NCBI GenBank assembly: GCA_021463515.1
Contig: JAJTYZ010000112.1
Location: 1,764 to 65,763, forward strand
DNA: 64,000 nucleotides
DNA from: Chthoniobacterales bacterium
Lineage (GTDB): Bacteria > Verrucomicrobiota > Verrucomicrobiia > Chthoniobacterales > JACTMZ01
Direction of reading: 5' to 3'
Shown here: positions 57,508-64,000 of the stretch, in pieces
How positions within the stretch are numbered: the first letter of the stretch is position 1
Layout: each line of letters begins with the position of its first letter
Position numbers and translations under genes: made by a program
Notes under the pieces: generated by a model
Told to the model about the DNA's origin: nothing
What the model saw: only the letters and a program-made list of their open reading frames with translations
Database searches by the model: none

Positions 57508-57659
57508 GTGAATATACGGGATGCAAGAAAATTTTTCCTAAAATTTTGATGTGGCACAAAATATTTTTTGAGGCTTGATCGCAAGCTTGTGGGAATGTCT
57601 CTCAAAATAATCATGACGATACGATACGATTTTATGGCGCAGATGGGGTGATCGCGGAA

Positions 57660-59495
57660 TTATACTTGCTTATTTTTGCGTTGCTTTTCCGCATTTAATG
57701 CTGCTCGCAATGCATCCAAATCACCCCATTGCAGGAACCCGGGGACGAACCACGCAAGCGATTCGTCGCATTTATCCTCCAACGATTTCGGCGCGTTGAT
57801 CTCGGTTATGGTGATAAGCGAATTAGGTTTTAGCGCGAGGGCGATCAAGGCCGCAAAGCTGGTTTCGGCTTCGGCTATGATTTCAATGTGTGCTCGCGGA
57901 GACTCTTGGTGAACAGCCGCACAAATAGCGGCGATACACTCTGCCCACTCGCCTACCAACGTGTAGCCAAGCCAGAGGCAAGCGCGCGAAGAATCATGCA
58001 ATCTCGCTTCACCGACAGGAGCATTCTCCCACGCAAGTTCGCCCGTTGCGGGAAGATCGGCAGCAAGGCCAATAATTCCGGCGTCGCAGGTTTTCTGAAG
58101 TTGCTTTTCTATGAACGTGGTTTTCTTTCCGTGTGGGGAGAGAAAAAGTCGAATTTCGTGAGCGATTCCCAAATCCCCGGTCGCATAGACGGGCATCTCT
58201 ATTGCGCGCGGTGAGAGGATCGAACCAATGTGCGAGCCGTCGGAGAAGGTTTGTTTGCGCGTCCATTTTGGCGTCATAGTTTCATCGAATTTCCAACCGG
58301 TGATTTCCACCAGGGTGTTGCGGTCTGGCTTTTTTCTGACGACTTGCGCGGCGAGAGTTTTTCGGTTGGCGGCATAATTGGTGCTCTTGGGTTTTTCTCC
58401 TTCCGCGTAGCAGAGAAGATCGTTTTCGGGGATCGGACTCCACGTGGGAAGCACCGTGGGAGACGTGAAAGATTCGCCTTTGAGCCAATGCAACATCCAC
58501 GCCAGCATGGCCTGAAGCGGCTGCTCCCAATATCCGTGCTTCATGTCAAAAAGGCGGGAATCAAAATGGTGTCGTGCGCCAAGCATGGTGTAGATTTCCT
58601 CAAGCTGACGACAAGTATAGGACATAGGCTCATAACCGAAAGCAGGCTCATCGTGCAGCGCGTTGAGGATGAGCAGTGGGCGTGGTGCCATGATTCCAAG
58701 CAATCCCCATTCATCCATGAGCGGTAGTCCACCGGGAAGCGTCTCGCAAACGCAGTTGCAACGCGTGACGTAGGCTTCGAAGGAGCCTACGGAAACCACC
58801 GGAACGGCCGCCTGAATGCGCTCGTCCAGCGCAGACAGCCACATAGTTTGATTGCCGCCACCGCTTGCTCCAGTGGCACCGATTTTTTGCGCATTAACAA
58901 ATGGCAGTGATTGCAGAACATCCACCGCACACATGTTGTCCCGCACCTGCAGACCAAGTAGGCTGTCGCCGAAAAGGTAAAGCTGCGCCGCAAGTGCGGC
59001 ACCATGATATTTCCAAGGGCGTTCCTGCGAAGCACGCTCCCCGGCCCCGGCGACATCCACGGTAAGCGTGACGATGCCGTTTTTCGCCAGAACATGCCCA
59101 CGAGCCTGTACCCGCGCTGCGATTTTTCCCTGCGGCCAATGCCCATGCATGTTCAACACGGCGGGAAACGGACCGGAGCCGTTCGGAATATACAAATTTG
59201 CGGTCACACGAATCTCCGGTGCCGAGGCGAAAGACAGACGTTGAATCTTGTAGCCGTCGAGTCGAATTTCCCCATGAATCCGTACGTCTAAGTCTTGTTT
59301 CAAACGATGGGTGATGAGCAATTTCTCATGCAACGCCGTCCGCAGCTGGGCCGCACGTTCTCGCCATTGCTCCGGCGAAACCGGCAGGGCATGGGAGCGC
59401 GAAATTTCCGTCGCCTCCCGCCGCAGGCGCTCTTGATGCAGGTGTCCATGAGGTCGGGTCCAGAGATTGGGAATGGAAAATGAGGATACGCTCAT
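57660..59495 (-). CDS. Alpha/beta hydrolase (acetylxylan esterase-like)
   Basis: VLNMHGH, GATGASGGG nucleophile elbow, APRPLL. Confidence 0.85.
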   Translation of the reverse strand: MSVSSFSIPNLWTRPHGHLHQERLRREATEISRSHALPVSPEQWRERAAQLRTALHEKLLITHRLKQDLDVRIHGEIRLDGYKIQRLSFASAPEIRVTANLYIPNGSGPFPAVLNMHGHWPQGKIAARVQARGHVLAKNGIVTLTVDVAGAGERASQERPWKYHGAALAAQLYLFGDSLLGLQVRDNMCAVDVLQSLPFVNAQKIGATGASGGGNQTMWLSALDERIQAAVPVVSVGSFEAYVTRCNCVCETLPGGLPLMDEWGLLGIMAPRPLLILNALHDEPAFGYEPMSYTCRQLEEIYTMLGARHHFDSRLFDMKHGYWEQPLQAMLAWMLHWLKGESFTSPTVLPTWSPIPENDLLCYAEGEKPKSTNYAANRKTLAAQVVRKKPDRNTLVEITGWKFDETMTPKWTRKQTFSDGSHIGSILSPRAIEMPVYATGDLGIAHEIRLFLSPHGKKTTFIEKQLQKTCDAGIIGLAADLPATGELAWENAPVGEARLHDSSRACLWLGYTLVGEWAECIAAICAAVHQESPRAHIEIIAEAETSFAALIALALKPNSLITITEINAPKSLEDKCDESLAWFVPGFLQWGDLDALRAALNAEKQRKNKQV

Positions 59496-59634
59496 AACAT
59501 TGCTTGAGACCTTTAATAATAATTATGGATAAATAGCTTTAACTATATACTCGATCGAGATGTATATTTTCATTGAGGATCGTTTGGAGTCCTACCTTTT
59601 GATCACACCGATAATATTGCCAGCCCTCAAAGTA

Positions 59635-61794
59635 TTACCGCAATCCGCTTATGCTTGCCTCGAACATACGAAATTCCGCCGCCTGCAATTCTACACGTTC
59701 GCAACGGCCAAAGGCATGTAAAAAAACGCTGTGTTGGCGAGCCGGATCAATATTGTAGAGGCAAATTTTTCCTGCTTCAGGAAAGTAGGAAACATTGAGG
59801 TATTCGCATTCCGTGCGGGGCTCATCACCATCATCGGTGATCCACACCAGACCTCGTGCATTCTTCGCGATGTGGCGATAAAGCATACCCACAAGTCCCG
59901 GGGAGGTGCGTGTACTTCCCGGGCCAAAGTCCTGATCAAACGCACCTGGATAGGCCCAGGAATTAAGGAAGTAAACTGCACCCGCTCCAAGTTTGTGTCG
60001 CAATACCAAGGGATAGGCTTGCTCGTCATCCACAGCAAGCACCTCGATGTCAGCATCTACAATTTCAATCTTTCCCATCGGCGTTGCCAGAATTCCAAAT
60101 CGGCGCGGAAAGCGAAAACCAAGCTTTTCATTGTTATCGGGGGCCGTTGCCCAGTAAATACGCTCACCGCGTCCGAGCACTCTTACCCCGCACAGCTCCG
60201 AGAAATCCCCGCCATGAACGAGCTCTCCCACCTCGTAATTATTAAAATTGCGCGTCATGTTGGTGGAAAGCTGTGGGATTGAGATGAAAAGCACACCACC
60301 CTCTCGAACATATTCTGTGAGGATGGAGTACTGTCGCGGTGACGCTGTATTCCACCCCGCAAAAAGGAGTGCCTTGTAATTTGCATGGAGGAACTTCGCC
60401 TCGAGGCGATCCTGTGCAAATGAAACGATGTCCACCTGCCCAAATGGAGTTCCAGAAAGAAAAGGATTTTCAAAGGGATCGATCACATTGGGTGTAGGAT
60501 AAAAAACTCTTTTCACAATGTTCCATCCGCGCTCAGGAACGCCCTCGTACCATGCTGGGTTCTGATCCGCCAAAGTATAGGCACCGGCGATGGCATACTG
60601 CGGGCTGAAGCGGAAATTGCAAAGGTCGTAGTTGCCCTTGGCGATGGCGATCGTACTCTCCGGCTGTCCCTGCGGCGTACCGTTTGCTTTCACAAAATCG
60701 TAAAAGTCAGAAATTTCACGACGGTAGCGGCATGCAATCGGCGCGTTGTAATTAATCTTACCAAAGTGCCTCCGAGCGTCCTCGATGTAAGGAATGTATT
60801 GGATCGGCTTATGTCCACCCCAATCTGCCTCCCCCGGCGCAAGCGGCACTCGTGGAAGCGAATGCTTTGGGGAATCTTCGCACAATGAGGCTTCAACAAA
60901 CCAGTTGCCGCTTTCGTTAAGAATGATTTTGCAGCCACTCATATATTTCATATACATGGCGCCCCTCAACAAATGCCATTTGTGCTCACTGGCATTAGGT
61001 ATCCAAGAATAGTGCTCATGCGCCAAGTGACTGCCCCATAACGGCAGGTTGTATTGACGATAAAGTCCGCGAGAAAGCGCGGAGGCAATGTTTAATGGTG
61101 AGAATGCGAAGTCCTCCAGCAATGGCACATCTGTACCGGCGGCAATTTCATAATCGACGTAGAAATTACCACTCGTCGCATAGATGGGACCCCAACCTGC
61201 AGCACGACGAGCGTCCACATGCTCGCGCACTCGTTCCATAAGGTCATCCACAAAAGCCTTCAATGTGACCTTTTCTAGAGGATTCGAATCATCAAGTCGA
61301 AAGGTGTAGCGCTCGCCAAAATCATACCCGAGATAAAACTTCCCGGAGTTCTGAAACTGCTTTGCCCACTCCGGATTAGCACTAACATAAATCAGCATAG
61401 TATAAATACCGCGTTGGGCCGCCTCACGAATAAAGCGGAGAACACCGGCACCATTACGTTCAGGATGTGCCTTGATCACCTCACACTCGTGTGCTTTAAG
61501 GTTTGTCTGTTTCTCCCAATCTGGCTCTGGCACATGAACGCCGATTTCATCCAAAGCATACTGCCATTCGGCAATAGTCGCCGGTGAATAGCCACGCGCT
61601 GTACCCCACAGTTGCGCGACATTACCCTGATTATCCTCGATAATTTTTTCAATCATCTCCTGGGGTGTAAAACTCTGAGGCATCCACGATTGATGGCCGT
61701 GCAAGGTGCATAATAAATAGTCCTTACTCATGGGATAAATACCACTTCCTAAGAGTAAACCACAGGGAGGCAGTTCGATTTTGAATTTATTCAT
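59635..61794 (-). CDS. Hypothetical protein, possible glycoside hydrolase-like
   Basis: 719-aa ORF in a sugar ABC locus; C-terminus (YVREGGVL..LGAGAVYFLN) resembles a GATase-like trimerisation domain. Confidence 0.55.
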   Translation of the reverse strand: MNKFKIELPPCGLLLGSGIYPMSKDYLLCTLHGHQSWMPQSFTPQEMIEKIIEDNQGNVAQLWGTARGYSPATIAEWQYALDEIGVHVPEPDWEKQTNLKAHECEVIKAHPERNGAGVLRFIREAAQRGIYTMLIYVSANPEWAKQFQNSGKFYLGYDFGERYTFRLDDSNPLEKVTLKAFVDDLMERVREHVDARRAAGWGPIYATSGNFYVDYEIAAGTDVPLLEDFAFSPLNIASALSRGLYRQYNLPLWGSHLAHEHYSWIPNASEHKWHLLRGAMYMKYMSGCKIILNESGNWFVEASLCEDSPKHSLPRVPLAPGEADWGGHKPIQYIPYIEDARRHFGKINYNAPIACRYRREISDFYDFVKANGTPQGQPESTIAIAKGNYDLCNFRFSPQYAIAGAYTLADQNPAWYEGVPERGWNIVKRVFYPTPNVIDPFENPFLSGTPFGQVDIVSFAQDRLEAKFLHANYKALLFAGWNTASPRQYSILTEYVREGGVLFISIPQLSTNMTRNFNNYEVGELVHGGDFSELCGVRVLGRGERIYWATAPDNNEKLGFRFPRRFGILATPMGKIEIVDADIEVLAVDDEQAYPLVLRHKLGAGAVYFLNSWAYPGAFDQDFGPGSTRTSPGLVGMLYRHIAKNARGLVWITDDGDEPRTECEYLNVSYFPEAGKICLYNIDPARQHSVFLHAFGRCERVELQAAEFRMFEASISGLR

Positions 61795-61933
61795 AGTATG
61801 AAAAGCAATAAGAAACCTGCATTTGCCAGTATTTAAAGGGTGAGAAAGCTTCCAAACGTGTTAAAGCAGCACTTTTAAGAGTATTTTCAGAAATTTTGGA
61901 TAAAATTCCCATGGGGGTTCGTATTTATAAGTA

Positions 61934-63616
61934 TTATTTATCTGAAGGGACGACGATACCCCGAAGGATGATGTTTTGGCAAAAAATAAAGACAAGGAGA
62001 GTCGGAATAGCGGTTAACACGAGCGAAGCATAGACTACGGGCGAGTCAACCATGGAGCGAAGTTGGTAAATATAAACCATGATTGTCCACATTTTAGGAT
62101 CAGGTGCTAAAATGAGGGCGTAAAAGAAAGTTCCATAGGCGGCCGTAAATGCGCCTAAAGCAATGACAGCTAATATCGGTTTAGAGAGATTCATTCCGAT
62201 TTGCCAAAACATAGTCCACTCATTGGCACCATCTAACTCGGCAGCCTCGTAAAGTTCTTTTGGAAGACTATCAAAAAAGCCTTTAAGAAGAAATATAGAA
62301 AACCCACTTGCCAGCCCGGGCAAAACTAATGCTCCAAAAGTATTGAGGAGATGAAATTCTTTAAGCTGTAAAAAAACAGGGATCATGGTTACTTCTGCTG
62401 GAAAGGCAATCGTCGCTAAACAAAACAAGAGAATGTGATAGGTTTGACGGAGTTTAAATCGGGAAAGAGCGTAAGCGGCGAGAGGATTCACCAGAAGAGC
62501 ACCGCTCATGGTAAGGATAACGAGGATGATAGTATTTGTTATAGCACGGCCATGAATAAGGATTTCGTCAAGTACTCGTTGATAGTTTAAAATGATAAAT
62601 TGCCACTTCCAAAAAGATTGCTTTTGGGTGAAAGATTGCATATCCAAAGCTTGCTGTGGAATACGAACACCGGAAACACCATACTTAGTAGCAACCCAAT
62701 CTTCGTATTGAACGTCAAGGCTCTGAACGCTTAAATGTTCAGGGAGAGCTTGTGTACGTATAAACTCATTCCGATCAATTCCCGCTACATTTTGAGCCAC
62801 TTTTCCAGGTTCTGTCAGTTCAACAAACTCTGGAGAAAGGATGTTCTGAACAAAGGTTAGCCAATCTCTGGGCGTTACTTTAGAAACAACCCGCGTAAAG
62901 GGTATTTCTGTATATGAAGTATAGGCCGTCCCGTGCTTCTTATTAAAGTTTTGGATATCATCACCGTAGAGAGATGGCAAATAGACACCACGGTAATATC
63001 CACCCACGTTCCAAGGCACTAGAAACTCGTTTCCTAGTGTCGTAGAAAACTCAAAAAGCTGTTCCAACATAGGGGTCGTAGGCCATGCTGCACCGATGAT
63101 ATTGAGAAATGGTGGTTCGATGTTGTTTTGGTTTGAAAATTGAGTTCTAAGCTGCTGATTGAGATTTTCGAGGGTATGAAATTTCTTCATCAACCAAAGG
63201 CGAAATTCCCGCCCAGTATAGGAAGGCATGCGTGAAGATCGAAGAAACGCAAGTTGAAAATATTTTATAGGAGGTTGTGTCTCCTTGAGAAATTTCTCCC
63301 ATTGCCTAATAGATTCAGAGTTTACCTTCAGAATTTGTACATTACGAAAATTCGTATTAGAATCTCCCCAAGAGGAACGCAGATTATCAGTCCTTCCTTG
63401 ATACTTTGCCGTCAAATATCGCCGCCACATTTCCTGACGATTGAAAAAATAGCTAGGAAATAAAGATCCACTCGCCTGTGTATCTACTTCCACTGAGCCG
63501 GTAATCATAATCATAAAAGGAATCACCATGCTCATACCACCAAAGATCAACAGAGCGTAAAGAAACAGATAGAGCGAGCGAACTCTCCAAGAACGTTGTG
63601 AGATGGGTGAGAACAT
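61934..63616 (-). CDS. Carbohydrate ABC transporter permease (MalG-like) with a large extracytoplasmic insert
   Basis: AAYALSR, ELYEAAELDGA EAA motif. Confidence 0.9.
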   Translation of the reverse strand: MFSPISQRSWRVRSLYLFLYALLIFGGMSMVIPFMIMITGSVEVDTQASGSLFPSYFFNRQEMWRRYLTAKYQGRTDNLRSSWGDSNTNFRNVQILKVNSESIRQWEKFLKETQPPIKYFQLAFLRSSRMPSYTGREFRLWLMKKFHTLENLNQQLRTQFSNQNNIEPPFLNIIGAAWPTTPMLEQLFEFSTTLGNEFLVPWNVGGYYRGVYLPSLYGDDIQNFNKKHGTAYTSYTEIPFTRVVSKVTPRDWLTFVQNILSPEFVELTEPGKVAQNVAGIDRNEFIRTQALPEHLSVQSLDVQYEDWVATKYGVSGVRIPQQALDMQSFTQKQSFWKWQFIILNYQRVLDEILIHGRAITNTIILVILTMSGALLVNPLAAYALSRFKLRQTYHILLFCLATIAFPAEVTMIPVFLQLKEFHLLNTFGALVLPGLASGFSIFLLKGFFDSLPKELYEAAELDGANEWTMFWQIGMNLSKPILAVIALGAFTAAYGTFFYALILAPDPKMWTIMVYIYQLRSMVDSPVVYASLVLTAIPTLLVFIFCQNIILRGIVVPSDK

Positions 63617-63623
63617 GAGAAGC

Positions 63624-64000
63624 TTATTTCGCGGCTTTAAACTCCATTTGACTAAGGCGTTTGAGCTGGAGAACGGTAAAACCAATTAAAATGCTACCAA
63701 GAATCCAAGCCATCGCTGTCGCGGGGCCAAAGCGCAAACGGGCAAAAGATTCATAGAAAATTTTTAAGGATATAACTTCAGTGATGCCATTGGGGCCACC
63801 TCCCGTCATAATGAGAATATTCGTGGCACCGTGAAAGGCAGCACCTACCGCTCCTACAAAATTAATAAAAATGAGAGCCCGTAACCCCGGGTAAACAATC
63901 CCACTTGTTTTCTGTAAAAAACTCGCACCGTCAATTTCTGCCGCCTCAAATTGTTCTTCCGGAATTGTTTTGAGTGCCGCAAGATAAATCAAACACCCGG
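63624..64000 (-). CDS. Carbohydrate ABC transporter permease (MalF-like), C-terminal part
   Basis: IYLAALKTIPEEQFEAAEIDGA, MTGGGP; 5' end lies outside the window. Confidence 0.88.
   Translation of the reverse strand, partial: GCLIYLAALKTIPEEQFEAAEIDGASFLQKTSGIVYPGLRALIFINFVGAVGAAFHGATNILIMTGGGPNGITEVISLKIFYESFARLRFGPATAMAWILGSILIGFTVLQLKRLSQMEFKAAK

Noticed and set aside
1-64000. rRNA, tRNA, IS transposase, integrase or prophage genes
   Set aside because: None recognised; short RNAs could be missed without a covariance-model search.

Overview
Bacterial chromosomal window, most likely Verrucomicrobiota/PVC (inferred from the exosortase plus PEP-CTERM protein, the H-X9-DG prepilin and the REP-like palindromes). 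Bases 1-34.8 kb are one minus-strand surface-glycan locus. It holds a MarR/GbsR regulator, an exosortase, GDP-heptose genes, wzm/wzt, rfbC/rfbD, many glycosyltransferases, 10 methyltransferases and two polyprenol-phosphate sugar-transfer modules. After it come a heme-copper oxidase-superfamily cluster with NO-reductase (sNOR-like) signatures, uvrB, holA, gyrA, a HerA-like ATPase, a decayed toxin-antitoxin pair, a PEP-CTERM protein and the end of a sugar-utilisation/ABC locus. The most unusual signal is a set of periodic 7/8/9-mer repeat arms in the glycan operon. Two four-helix-bundle (IVS/Avd-like) genes each sit between inverted arrays that would fold the gene out of the mRNA and bring the upstream stop next to the downstream start. 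Orphan copies of the same arm carry gene stop codons, insert in frame into glycosyltransferases and split one glycosyltransferase with in-frame stops; one copy is a 28/30 inverted match 10 kb away. All calls are by eye; no database searches or folding programs were run.
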